Assembly: GCF_006345805.1 (NCBI RefSeq)
Contig: NC_042998.1
Location: 101,804,001-101,868,000, forward strand
From: Octopus sinensis
Taxonomy: Eukaryota
Direction: 5' to 3'
DNA length: 64,000 nt
Shown here: piece after piece, positions 24,365 through 37,999 of the stretch
How positions within the stretch are numbered: the first letter of the stretch is position 1
Layout: each line of letters opens with the position of its first letter
Notes under the pieces: model-generated
Told to the model about the DNA's origin: nothing
What the model saw: only the letters and a program-made list of their open reading frames with translations
Database searches by the model: none
Made by a program: the position numbers and the translations under genes

Positions 24365-24655
24365 CGGTATATGCGTCTGTGTGTGCACTTTTGCTGTAAA
24401 TGATGATTGTAACAGATGTAGACAGTCATCAGGTCTTTCAACAAGTTTCAGCTAATTGTTTAATGTAATTTTTTGCTCGTCATGTACACAAAAGCAAATG
24501 GAAAACATGAAACGACTTGTTTCTTGTGTGGTATTGCTTGGTGAATTATAGCTTGTTTTCATATCTTTATAATTCCAAACTATTTCAGATCGTAATGGTT
24601 TTTATATAATGTTTCCAGTATAAAGCAATATGTTGGCTTCTTTACTGCACACACA

Positions 24656-24704
<49 letters not shown>

Positions 24705-27700
24705 ACAATTTTAGATTATAATGGTTATTTAATGTTTCCAGTGTAAAGCAATATGCTGGCTACTTTACAATGGTTTTGGAATACTTTTATATATTTTTGC
24801 TATTGCAACTGTAAAAGGATTAATTATAGAGAAGTATTATTGTAAGGATTTTTGCCACAAGGTTTTGGTCGGCTTGAAGCCTTTGTAAAGGAGATTTGGT
24901 CAGGGTTCCAAGCAGTAAGAGTGAACCCGGAACCATGTGATCGAGAAGCAAGCATCGTACCACACAGCCACGCCTGGGTCTATTTATAGATTAAATTAAA
25001 ATAGCCATTTATGTATCATACTATATGTATAAACACCGTTAGAATGTATGATTCTGTGTAATTCTAGGAGATACAATCTGTTCATAGATTTGTTATGCTA
25101 AAACCACAATATGTTTCGGAATAAAACAAAACTCATCGCTGCAGTGATGCAAGATTACACAGTCGCGTTTCGGTTTTCGTCACGCCTGTCAATGTCATGC
25201 ACTGAATTGTCACCTGCTTAGATGATGTTCGTGCCTGGATATACATGAAACATATATATGAAATAAGTGAATAAGTGAATTAAATATATAGTAGTATTTT
25301 TGGAGCTTCACTCGCATTAGCATTCTAACGTTGTGCCTACATTTAGTGTGATACACAGCGATTTCAATTTAATGCTGTTTCAATCGTCTGCACCGAGTTT
25401 TTCTACGACAATACTAGCTCCCAAACTACTAGTAGATGTTTTACTCCCTTTTTTCAATATATCGAAGCTAGACATTTGTTTAAGCATGTGACAATCCACA
25501 GCGCAGTATTGACAAACCTAAGAGAAAGATGAAACACGTCTGGCGTTATTCTGAGTAACTGCAGCAACGATGTTTATTTGATTCCAGTGTATATTGTAAC
25601 GTAACAAATCTATGAAAAGATTTTAGTCTCAGATAATTTCACAGCAGTTGCCTTGCCTTAGAACGGTGTGTATACCTTTAGTATGATACACAGAATACGT
25701 TTTGCTATATTATTAAGCACGTTAGGCTTAGAAAGCTCTTGTAACAAAAACATGTTCGTAAATTTCTGAAGAAAAGCTATTTTATTATTACTAGATATTT
25801 TAGGCAGAAATAGATGGCAATAAGTTTGAAAAATGAGAATTATTAAAGATTCAAAACTTTCTGGCCAGAGAGAATATTCTTTAACAGAAAAATACCACTG
25901 TACGTTATCTTTTGTATATGATTTTCTCGATTCAAATGTATTTTTTAGAGCAACAGTTTCATAGAATTAGACATGGTAAGTGGATAGAGATATTACATTG
26001 GATTAGGCTAATTTTAGTTTTCGTTTTAAATTCCCAATTACTACATCGTTTGCATTTAGGATGTCGAGTGCTGAATGCATATCCTTTGAATATAGCACTT
26101 AATCAAAACCCGTCTAAACAGTGTTACTTTGAAATGGTTTATAACTTTTTACATTTTGGTGTTACCACTCTCGCATACTGTTTTCATATTTTAAACATCT
26201 GTTGAGGCTGGGTTTTGTCAAACAATCATTTGGTAGTCTTAGTTGATAGGATGTTTTAATCTCACAATATTATATATACGTATATGTGCTTTTTCTAAAG
26301 TTGCATACGGAACACCACTGCAAGGAAGTATGTCACGTGGTTGATATATCCATATAAGTTGCTTACCTGCAAGAGCCATGAGTTATATCACTATAAAATT
26401 GTCAGCAATATATGTTCTATATTGTAGAATGGGTTTTGAGAAATGTTTGGCTATTATAAATAATAAATAAAGAAATTATATTACAGGAGATAGCCTTCCA
26501 AGAGGGTGAAAATAACTTTCTGTTAGTGCTATCATCTTCGGGATTCTTAACTCGGTTTTAGACGTGAAATTTTGTACGAGTTTGATCGCACTGCAATGTA
26601 CTCTGTGTCTCTACTAAGACTACACTATGACCATATCACACTTGCCGAAATATATACACATGAGCAAGAAAACCGATAAACTGTTACTTTTGAGCAAATG
26701 CCCAGTACTTGAGCACAGAAATAACCTTGTCAGTAACAAACCGCAATATTAGCCAACCATTAAGCCCTTGGAAAGATTGAAACAATTGGGCAATTCTGCA
26801 CAAAATACATGATATAGAAACAAAAGTAGCAAGAACAAAGTTACAAATGCTTTTCCTTTCATTTTTTCAACTTATTAATGACACTTTTAATGTCCAGATA
26901 TCTCGGATTTCCAATCATTTGATTTAATACTTTTGCTGTTACAAGATGGAATTGATGTTAAGTATCACGACAAGAAATATTGTATTTGCCCGGATCGTAT
27001 ATCTTCTAAACATTAATCTTATTTCCTGATGGACGTCATCAATTAAAATGTCTTGATACTCTTGTGAGTTTCAGGTTTTTGTTTCGATATCTCCTACGTA
27101 GCAAGTCTTATTTTCATGTCATTTGAAAGATTCGTAACCATTTCTTATTTTATAAAATTCTTTGATCTCTGAAGTGCTCGTGGTTATTGTAAGGTCCATA
27201 TTTTCTCATTGAATTCCGTAGATTGTCTTCATGCATCTAAAATAAACGCGCTTTTGATTTGATATATCCTTCATTTTGTCTTGTGCAATCACTTTCGAAT
27301 TGCGAAATTGATTCATTTTTCACTGCTGTATTCTTATACACATTCAACATGTTTTACTTTAGGAAATAGTTTTTCTCGTTTTAGATTTCTGTTTGATAAT
27401 ATATTATTTTCGGCATTCAATAACCTCCACTGTGCTACAGGTGTACCTGCTCAACCTCTATTCCTTTGGATTGCTTTCCTATAATTTCTCTCAGTGTCTA
27501 TTCATTCATCACTGCTGGAATTAATTCGATTTTAGCAGGCAGGAAATGATTTAAATCCGTAGCATTTATTTGCCCCTTTTAGATTATTGCTTGTAAAGTT
27601 TCATTGATTGTGTTGTTACTATTTTTTCAAATGTTTGTAACAATTCGGTAAAAGTATCTTCAATATTAAGATGATGGAATGCCAGTATGTGCAGAACACC

Positions 27701-27930
27701 GAAGAAAATTATTTTCGTTGTTTCGCTGCATCCATTTACGTTATAAATCTAAATTCTGATAGGAATGATTGCAGTCGGATCCTTTCGGCATCGACAAATT
27801 TATTAACAGGCAGAAACTGCAGAAAATGTAATGATTTACAAATCTCACCAGAAAATGTTCACTCGTACCATTGTTATTAATAATATCACTATTATTATTA
27901 TTGTTGTTGTTGTTATTCTTGTTCTTCTTT

Positions 27931-28112
27931 TTATTATTCAGGTCAATGCCTGGAATCTAACTCGGAAAAAATGGGATTCGTAGCCCGCGCTCTTAACCAC
28001 TACGCCATATGCCCACGGGCGTATGACGTAGTGCATATGGCGTAGTGGTTAACAACGCGGGCTACTAACCCCAAGATTCCGAGTTTGATTCCAGGCAGTG
28101 ATCTGAATAATA
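27931..28112. mobile_element. Back-to-back palindromic pair of tRNA-like SINE heads
   Basis: Minus copy 27931-28014 and plus copy 28033-28110 of TGGCGTAGTGGTTAA..GCGGGCTACTAACCCC..GAGTT(C/T)GATTCCAGGCA. Same head at 62001. Confidence 0.85.
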
Positions 28113-28204
28113 ATAATAATAATAATGATGATGATGATAATAATAATAGTAATAATAATAATTATTAGTATTATTATCATTATTATTATTATTATTATTA
28201 TTGC

Positions 28205-30130
28205 TTCGTAACACAATGTCGGTTAAAATGCACCGGAGTCTTTAAGTCGTTTGTCAAGTCACAACAGGGACCTCAGATGTGAGCTGTGCCTAATAAGGCT
28301 GCTTTTTGCGTGACATTAATATTGCATGGGATTTCCAGTTGCGTTAAGAAGTTTTGAAGTTTCAATGGGATTGAGCCTAACGCTCCGATCACCACTGGTA
28401 TCTCTTTTACATTACCCTCTCGCATTCCTTACAGTCTTGTCATTTCGACTTTCTATTCGGGGTACCTGGTGATTGTTTCAACCTCTTTATTCACAACATT
28501 CATGTCATTTGTATGCTACATCAATGATCTGACAGTATTTGTTTCTCATATTCAATATGAAAATATCCGGCCGACGGTGTTCGATTACACGATTCGTCTG
28601 AAAAATCATAGTCCCAGAGTGTCGTTACATTTCCATCCTCCTGCATAACTTTATTTGGTACATGGCCATACCAGTTCTCTGTTACTTCACATTGGTATTT
28701 ATGGCATAAGGGCCAATGAAGATAAACACACACACTTTATCGTGGCAGCATTTGCATTCTTTTTGTGCAAGACTCACATCTATTGTCCAAGTGGGACACA
28801 TTTTCCACAATCTTGCCAGAGTGTCTGGATTTGCGGGTGTCAGATGTTTTATAGATGTTATACTTCACTGAATTGGTAGCGAGAGCCTAGTCTTGTGCAG
28901 TAATGATCAGGCTTTCGGTGGTACGGTTCAAATCACCTCGCTCAAGCCACGCTCACGATGCTGTATTATCCTTAACGTTTTGTGTATTCCTTACCAACTG
29001 TCAATGCATTCTCATTTCAAGAAGGACTTCTTTTCTGTTCTCCTCAGCTCCTTGGTTAAACGTGCCCATCATTTCATCTGCATTTACACCCATATTTTTC
29101 GCAGCATGTTGTAGCAGATCTTCATCACTATCAAATATTCGGCAAGCGCTTTCCTTTCACTCCTTATACAATGGTATATACTAATTAGTCCTTTGCCACC
29201 ATTCTTCCTTTTCATATACAGTTAGTTTCCTTTTGCTTTAGGGTGTAGCGCACCATGCAGCGTAATCAGTTTTCTCGTCCTTCTATATTTCCTCCTTAGT
29301 CCATTTGAGGATGGACGTACTATATCCGATCACCTCAGCTGCCCAGATATTCGTTGCAGTAATCAAACGTTTGGCATTCAGGATAGATTTCAACACCATC
29401 TTCACCATTTTTGATACGCCTCGCTGACCTTGACTTTCATTTCTCTGTGTAGGATGTCATCCAGCTCCAAAATCCCTAAATATCTATACCTACTACCGTC
29501 GGATTTACCCATGGTCTCTCCTGCTGGTAACAACAATCCTCTGCAGACTGCTTTCTTCCTTCTTTTCATATTAAGTACTGAGCATTTGGTGATGCCAAAT
29601 TCCATACCGATATCCCTACCACACTACTGTTTTTCAGATTTCTCAAACAATTTCAAGTCATCAATGAACAGAAGATGGTTCAATGATGGGTCTTTCTTCC
29701 CACATGGGTTACCCGTCTTAACTTTGCTAAGTGTTATTGTTATGGGTATTAGTGCAATTAAAAAAAGGAGACTCCTTGGAGGATTCCTCTTTTAATATTA
29801 ACTACTCCATGGAATACAATACTTGAGGACAATTTGGATTTCCACTCTTTCATGTTATGTATCAGAAAATTTGTGATTTTGTCAGCAGTATCAAACATCT
29901 GCAGGCATTCAACGATGCAATAATGAGGTATCATATCATATACCTTCTTAAAATCAATCCACGCCGTAGACATGTTTGTATAATGTTTCTTACAATGCCT
30001 CAAAAGTGTTTTATCGATGAGAACTCTTTCTATATCCTCTTAGTTCACTTGGTAGTATTTCTTTCTGTGCCAGGAAAGTGTATGTCTTTGCCGCAATATT
30101 CCAGTGAGTATCGTCTAGACTATGTTTAGG
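28205..30130 (-). mobile_element. R4/Dong-type LINE fragment (RT through RLE), decayed
   Basis: HYTNMSTAWIDFKKVYDMIPH..RGILQG, HLLFIDDLKLF, MEFGITKC..YRYLGILE, TTLWDY. 3' end at the (TTA)n tract 28115-28200. Confidence 0.9.
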
Positions 30131-30197
30131 CATGCTTTGGGACGGTAGTTTTCCACAATATTCCCCTTTTTTCTTTCTTTCATTTTAAGTCTCGATA

Positions 30198-30381
30198 GAA
30201 CGACGTACAAAATGCCTAGTGGCATCTCGTCCATCTTTACGTTCTGATTTTCAATTTCGCCGAGGATCGACTTTGCCTTTCATCCTTGTGGAGTCGATAC
30301 AATTGGTACTCGTTGAACTCTGGTATCGATGTATTCGACTTACCCACTACCTTAGAATGTACATCTTTGTGCCAAAATTTT

Positions 30382-30385
<4 letters not shown>
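30198..30385 (+). mobile_element. tRNA-derived SINE family A copy (5'-eroded)
   Basis: cgccgaggatcgactttgcctttcatcc body, followed by an (ATC)n tail. Confidence 0.75.
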
Positions 30386-30415
<30 letters not shown>

Positions 30416-30424
30416 TATTATCTC

Positions 30425-30719
30425 TCTGTCGCATGTTTTGTTGGAGCTCCTGGAGTCTTACATACATAGCAGGCTTACCACCTGCAGCATACGGTACCAT
30501 GCTATTCGTTCTTTTCAGCTATCTAATACTTTCCTGATTATTCTGGCCATGTCAAGCAGGTAAAACTTCCATAGCAGTTCTACTGGGCACTCTACTCCAA
30601 TTTCCTTTATATTAGATTTGAGGCCTTCTGTTACCGTTCCCAAGGACCCAACAATAATTGGCACTATCTTCACCTCCTTCATTTGTCATAGTCGGACTAT
30701 CTCGTACTTAAGAGGATTG

Positions 30720-30799
<80 letters not shown>

Positions 30800-30804
30800 A
30801 ATCA

Positions 30805-30845
<41 letters not shown>

Positions 30846-31720
30846 GCTATCTATCTATTTATCTATCTATCTAACTTTTTTGTCTTCCGTCTTCGTGGGT
30901 AGAAGTGACATGCAACGTCAACTGTATAGCAAATGTGTTGCACCTTTTCCATCACCACGAGGTCCGATCTGTTATTCTCTTGCATTTGATCTGCTTTGAT
31001 TGGGAAAAATAAGAGGATTTTTCTAATCTCTGACTCTGCCACTCTCTGCGGTGTGTGCTCATACCACGTCTTTCTTCTCTCTAGACCCCACTTTTCCCAC
31101 AGTTTCCGATGTAGCACTTTCGCTACCTGATCGTGTCACCAAAACGTGTAGTGGTTTTGTGTAAGTCTAGGGCATTCGTTTGTGATATGGTCAATGGTTT
31201 CACTCACTCTTTTGCAGATGCGGTACAGCGGAGAAACTTGCTCATTTCAGAGGTTGACCCACCAGTTCGTGGTCAGAGCTTGGTCTTGCGTTGCCTGTAT
31301 AGTGCTCTCGGTCTCTTTTTTCAGGGTTCCTTTCATTTGCTAATCCCACCTTTTTTTATCAACTTCTGTTGTGGCTACATAGAATTGATTGTGTGACCCC
31401 TTCTTGCGTAAGTCTTCTTCATGTCCTTTTTGTACTTCTTCTTTTGGTTTTCCTTTTTTCTCTGCTCTCAATACTCCCTCGTTCCTAACTGGCACTAGCA
31501 ATGTTTCCTTACTTTGGGCTAGGTATCTCGTGAAACTCTCGAGTTCGATACACACGCAGTCTTCCACAATTTTCAGTCCCCTTCCTCCATTTGCTCTCTT
31601 CATCTATAGGCGATCATTGTCTGCACGTGAATGATGGGCTCCATGCATCGTTAGGAGCTTTCTTGACTTCCTGCCCATCTCCTTTATCTTCTCTGTATTC
31701 TTCAGGATTCTATCCCCACA
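30425..31720 (-). mobile_element. R4/Dong-type LINE 3' fragment interrupted by (ATCT)n at 30719-30872
   Basis: RANGGRGLKIVEDCV, LHRKLWEKWGLE..WYEHTPQRV..NNRSDLVVM..CYTVDVACHF. Confidence 0.88.
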
Positions 31721-31893
31721 CCGAACTAGCCAAATAATGGCAGATTTACGGCTGGTGGTTTAGCTACTGCTGATGCTGTGGCGTTAAATAGAGAAGCGGG
31801 TTTGTTGTATGTACTAATAGAGGGTGTTTGATCAGACTGCTACTTGATATGACTACCGGTGTATTGGGGGCGAGTGGGAGTTGGCCTTTGAGC

Positions 31894-32514
31894 GTAGCGT
31901 CGACAAGTTGGAACTAGCATAGTTAAGGTATAGTAATTTATAAACAACATCTCTAAGTTTTAAAATATCTATAGTATAGAACACCACATCTTATTTACGA
32001 TAAAGAAATCTATCTCTGGAAAATCTCATTGTAGTAGTTAAGATATAAAAACAAATATCTATAAACATCTCAAAGTTTTAGCAAACATAGAAAGTAATGG
32101 AAAAGGCTAACACATTTTGAGGGAGAGCTGATAAATGGCCATTCACACGAGTGAATGCTTACAACAGCACTTAAAATCGATTGGAAGAGGAGGGCTAGAG
32201 TGAGAGAGAGGACGCAGAGGAAGTAGGTAGGTAAGCTCGTTAAAATTCCTGCGTGGCGATGAATTTATGTATAGAAAACGAGATTTTTGAGAGAGGACAT
32301 ATATAAGAAATAGACATGAAATGTTTTGAAAGTAGCGTCGACAAGTTGGAACTAGAATATCAAAAATATAAAATTTTATAAACAACATCTGAAAGTTTTT
32401 TTAAAAACATCTATAATATATATAAAACACCATATCGTATTTACGATAAAGGAATCTATGGAAAATCACATCGTAGTCAAAATATAAAAATATTTATAAA
32501 CATCTCAAAGTTTT
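31894..32514. repeat. Diverged ~185-bp direct repeats, period 438 bp
   Basis: 31894-32079 and 32332-32514 both begin gtagcgtcgacaagttggaactag and end catctcaaagtttt. Confidence 0.75.
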
Positions 32515-33338
32515 CACTTTTTTCTAAACCCCGGAGTCTTGCATGCATAAGGGCTTCCTGACTGTGGCCTACGGTACCATGCTGTCTGTTCTTTACAATT
32601 ATCTAATACTTTCCTCATTATTTTTTCGGATACCATTCCAAGGACCCAAAAATAACTGGCACTATTTTCACCTTTATATTCCATCAGCATTTGTTAGTTT
32701 CATGCAAATTTGTACTGTATCATCTGCTACACCTTTGTGTTGCTCGGCTGTGTGCATCTCTGTGTGTTCTCTTTTGTTGTTGGGAGAGTGCAAACTCTTC
32801 TCGATAGTGTATTGCATCAGTTTGTTTCCTTATGGATTCTGGCGGAGTCATTTGTTGTATTAGTGTTCGTATTGGTTGTGTGTTTAATGCGTTGGGTAAA
32901 TTGACTGCCGGTGGCTGTTTAATTTTATTGGATATTTACTATATAGAGTGTCTTCTGGCTGTGAATTGTTTTGTTTGGATTGTATTATTGAGTTGATAGT
33001 GGTTGCATAGGTCATTGGCGTTCTTAGCAGTGTTATATTTCGTATAGCGTATAGTGTAGATTATGCAGGCATAGCTCTAAGTTTTTGTTCACATGATTTT
33101 TCTTTATTATGTCCAATGTCCAGTTATTACTGGTATTGCTTTCACCTTCATTCCCTACATCTTGAATACTTCTATTCTAGTTCTTTTGCAATTTGACAAT
33201 TTCTCCACTGCTTTTGGGGAAATATTTTGGTTAGAAGTAACTGCAATGTCTCTTAGTAAATATTTGTTTTATTAATCTTCTTCTTCTTCTTCTTCTTCTT
33301 CTTCATCTTCTTCTTCTTCTTCTTTTCTTCTTCTTCTT

Positions 33339-33397
<59 letters not shown>

Positions 33398-33409
33398 CAT
33401 CATCATTAC

Positions 33410-33462
<53 letters not shown>

Positions 33463-33467
<5 letters not shown>

Positions 33468-33865
33468 TAGTTTCATTTTTATAGCGTGATTTCACTTCAC
33501 TGCCGAGCGCGGCTCTGTATGCCTTGGGTATATGCTGTGATATGTTGTGATGCTCCGATGGTTACTGTATTGAAATTGTTTTGCGTAGGATGTGTGCAGT
33601 GCCCAGTAGTGCAATTTTCTGTATATTATATATTTGTAAGTCCTGGTGATTTTTCTATGTATTTGTCTGAATATTTTTTTATCATACCTAATGCACCTAC
33701 TATGATAGGAATTGTTTCTGTTTTTAGATTCCACATTCGACTTACCTCTATTTCGAGGTCTTTTTATTTTGAAAGTTGCTCCATTTCTTTTAGAGACACG
33801 CTGTCACCTGCTGGTATTGGTACATCAATTAGAAAGCATTTTTTTCTTCATGATCTCTGACAACT
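33463..33865 (-). mobile_element. R4/Dong young subfamily 3' end (same family as 42691-43533)
   Basis: Reverse complement aligns with 43130-43533. Ends in a (TAA)n tail at 33368-33462. Confidence 0.9.
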
Positions 33866-34160
33866 ATATCTAGCCTATTGGCCTTAATTTTTCTATCTGT
33901 GTGTATTGGCATATCCCAGAGTATAGTTGCTTTCTCGTTTTCTTTTCCCTTTTCTGGTGTGTGCCTATACCATCTTTTTTCTGTTGTTATTCCATAGTGT
34001 TGGCATAGCTTCCAGTGTATATAGGTCCCGACCCTGTCGTGTTCTTCTTCTTCTTCTTCTTCTTCTTCTTCTTCTTCTTCTTCTTCTTCTTCTTCTTCTT
34101 CTTCTTCTTCTTCTTCTTCTTCTCCTCCTTCTTCTTCTTCTGCTCCTTCTTCTTCTTCTC

Positions 34161-34191
<31 letters not shown>

Positions 34192-34299
34192 TTATTATTC
34201 TAATAATTGCCTTTGCACAGCGCCAAACGCTGGACAAGTACTGCGGTGTCAGATGTTCACTACCAGTGAACTAAGGTAACTAAGGTAACCTGTCATATC

Positions 34300-35530
34300 T
34301 CTCAAATTTTCTTTCTTCCTTGTCGCATACTTTGTTGTCTGCTGTGCATGGTATATCTACGATCCAGTATAGTTGCTTTTCTTTCTCAATTAAAACTGTC
34401 TGGCTTCCTATTCGCTATCTCATGGTCGCACTGAATCATAAATTCCTGTAGGATCTTTGCATTTGTATTTTCGACGATGTCATCAGGTTTGTGGTCGTGC
34501 CAATCTTTTACCAATTTTTTCCAATTTTCTATTATTATTTCTTGTTATCACAGGAGCTTTTGGATCTCTCGGAGTTTTGCATGCAGGAGCAAAATTGCTA
34601 TCTTCAGCCTACGGTATCATGCTATCCATTCATTTCAGCTATCTAATAGTTTCCTCATTATTCTGGCCATGCAAGCAGGCAAATCTTTCGTAACATTTCT
34701 ACTGGGGACTCTATTCAAATTTCCTTTATATTCATCTTGATGCCTTCTGATATTGTCCCCATGGTCCCAACAATAATTGGCACTATCTTTACCTTCTTCA
34801 GTTTCCATAGCCGGGCTATTTCGTATTTAAGGGAGTTGTTTCTATCTATATTTTCGTATTTATTCTTGACTATTCGTAGGTCAAACGGGCAGGAAACATT
34901 TACTATAAAGCACATGCGTGGGATCTTATCCACCACCACTAGTTCCGGTCTGTTATGCTCTTTTATCTGATCTGTTTGGATTGGGAAATGCTAGAGGATT
35001 TTGATAGTCTCCGATTCCGCTGCTCATTGTGGTTTGTGCTCATACCATGTCTTGCTTCTCTCTCAAGCCCCCTCTTTTCGCAGAGTTTCCCGTGTAGCAC
35101 CTTCGCTACCTGTTCATGTCGTCACAAAATGTAGTGGTTTGGTGCAAGTGTAGGGCATTCGTTTGTGATATGGGCATGATCATTCCAAATTTGACCCTCA
35201 AGTTCGTGGCCAAAGCTTGGTCTTGCGCTGTCATTATTGTGCTCTCGGTCTCTTTTTTTAGGGTTCCTATTTTTTCCAGCAACTTCTGTTGTGGCTACAT
35301 GGAATTGATTGTGTAGTCCCTTATGTAATTGTTCTTTGTGTTCTTTTTGTACATCTTCCTTCGTTTTTCCCCCCTGCTTTCAATACTCCCTCGTTTCTAA
35401 ATGAAACTGATAAGTTTCCTTACTTTGGGCTAGGTATCACATTACGCTCTCTTGATATCGACGCGTACACAGTTTTCCATACTTATCAGTCCCCTTCCTC
35501 TAGTTACTTTCTTCATGTATAGGTGACCAG
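34300..35530 (-). mobile_element. R4/Dong-type LINE 3' fragments
   Basis: VVDKIPRMCFIVNVSCPFDLRIV..KYENIDRNNSLKYEIARLWKLKKVKIVPIIVGTMG. Confidence 0.85.
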
Positions 35531-35622
35531 TGTTTGCACGTGAATGATGGGCATTGAGCTTTGAAGCTAGTATTTTTCTCACTCGTCGCAGGTACCTTCA
35601 TCATCATCATCATCATCATCAT

Positions 35623-35821
35623 CCTCAAGCAACTGACATGCAAATCTGTGGTATTGAGAAGAATATTTGATGCAGCCCATTTTTTTATACCAAGACAAAA
35701 CAATGTACATGATAACACTTCCAATCAGTTAAGATCAGAAACCACGTGAGCCACTGCCTAGTACTGCATCAGGGCATTATTATTATCATAATTATTGATA
35801 TTATTAATGTTATTATTATTA

Positions 35822-35887
<66 letters not shown>

Positions 35888-35892
35888 CATCA

Positions 35893-35961
<69 letters not shown>

Positions 35962-36176
35962 GGTTAGCGGGAGCATCTCACATCATCAAAATGCTGCTGC
36001 GGTACAAACATACGAAGCCTAGTTTAGCCATCATGACAACCCGTCTGATGAGGCCACACTTGGCATACGCATCACAATCATATGTTTGCGATATCAAGAG
36101 ACTGCATATGACCTTGCAGGAGGGGCCCATTTAGAATTTTCTTCATGTTGAGTAAACCATCACAATCAAAAGGTGC
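35623..36176 (+). mobile_element. Two partial copies of the (TAA)n-associated repeat (35623-35776 and 35963-36176) separated by (TTA)n
   Basis: Each piece aligns to opposite ends of 14294-14841. Confidence 0.8.
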
Positions 36177-37999
36177 TTATATGCACGGAAAAACATTATG
36201 GGAAGCTTTGTCATGGTAAATACCGCAGTATTCTGTGTTGTAGCACAACACCCCACTCAAATGTGGATAAATATTGACGTAAATATGCATTTTGTCTCTT
36301 ATATTTACGTTTTCTTAAATTATTACCCTGTCATAAATATGTTCTTATCTCATGGCGTCTGTTGCATTGAATAACCTCGACCGTGGTGGCTCCACTGCTG
36401 CCTAATCGCCTCCAGTGTCCTGTTTACTGACAGTTCTTTTGAAGTTAGAGCTGGGTTGATTTCTCTATTTTATTTTTACTAGTATTCGATAAAATCCATT
36501 TCGGTCCGAGTCTAGTTGCTTGCTTTTTTTAGGGAACCATTGTAGATTGTACACCGAATTGATTTACTATTTCGCGAGGATAGATATTTTCAGGCTATAT
36601 GAGACTGCAGGTATTTTGGTTTCGTTATATATTTGCGTAGTTTTTAGCTTTCCATTTTTCTTTAGTTGTGTATATTGGTTATTGATGTTCTTAAGAAACG
36701 AAATATATTTTCTTTTAATTTGCTTCTCTTTCTTACGTCCAGATTTGCGTTATTTTTTGTTACATTGTTTAGATTTATCCTAGGGAAATGTCTTCGCAGG
36801 TGCTCAGGAATATCTGTTATTGATTTTACTTCTTCAGGTATTTCCTCCGTTAGTTTATTGTCGTAACCATAATTACCATGTTCAGATGTTTCTATTTAAA
36901 AATATTTCTCATATTCTCTTTTATCCATATCTTTTGGTGGAGTTGTTTTCAGTAACTATTGGTCAGCATTCAGTAAGTATTTCTGGGCTCGTTATTTTCT
37001 TGTTATTTATGTATTTCCATTGCTTGGCATGCATTAAGTCCATCTGCACGGTAGTGGTTCTCAATGTTTATATTTATCTTATTATGTGTTCTTTCATATT
37101 TTGGTTTGATAAGTGATATATACTTCTGCATTTAGGTCTTAATAAGCTAGTCTATTTGAAGTCAAATTAGTTGGTCTAGTAGGATTCAAATTTAGTTTCA
37201 TTTCAAATCCTTTCGTTTTTCCTGTTAAAAAAAAATGCAGTTTTGTTGTTCGGGTAGAATGTTGCTATAAAATATGTATGAAGCAAAAAAACACATCCGT
37301 CTCTTATCCATTTATAAAGTGTTTCATACGTGATATTTTTTCTTGGCATACTTTCCATTGGGCACTCAAAAATCTGTTTCTGGTAATGAAAATTTTGCCA
37401 CGCCCCACCGTGCACATTTAGGTATCACCTTCAAGGTATACATTCATTTTTCACTCGAGATGGAACGATGCAGTTTCCATTCGTATTGTTCCTCCTTCTA
37501 TAAGCAGGATGACCGAATCGTTCTAGTGCTGATATTAACTACTTGATGCTAGTCTTTTTAAAAAGTAGTGGCCGGTCGCCAATAAGCATAAATATAAAAG
37601 CAAAATGGAAAATATAATGCTACAATAATGAATTTTAACTCATGAATGAAAATTTAGCAATGTTCCGTTGCTTTTTAATCGGTGCTTTATTATTGCATTT
37701 TTTCGGAATGACAAAGTAGCGTATTTTTTTAGTTAAACTTCCACCAGTTTTATCTATAAAATATTTCCCGTGTTCTCATCAAATTGGACTTGCTAATAAT
37801 TATTTTTAATTTGGGGCATAAGGCCAAATATTTTAGGGGAATGGTTTTAGTAAAATACATCGACATCAGTAATTGACTCGAACTGCATTTTATCGAAATG
37901 AAAAGCAATCACCATCAACACAAAAACCACCACCAGCACCAACAACACCAACACAAAAACCACCACCACCATAATCAACACCAAGACTAACACCACCGG

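Noticed and set aside
25158-25190. Minus-strand GTGACGA-aaacc-GAAACGCGAC hammerhead-like relic
   Set aside because: No stem II, and a G3/G8 mismatch. Too degenerate to claim.
27931-28112. Functional tRNA genes (also 62001-62075)
   Set aside because: A/B boxes and the anticodon arm are present, but no complete acceptor stem forms. They have TAA tails and multiple copies, so they are SINE heads.
34470-34495. Minus-strand CTGATGA-catcgtc-GAAA as a hammerhead (similar hits at 36046, 52688, 54908)
   Set aside because: No stem II or stem I pairing. Most lie in TE coding or dispersed-repeat sequence (for example HKPDDIVEN in the R4 fragment).
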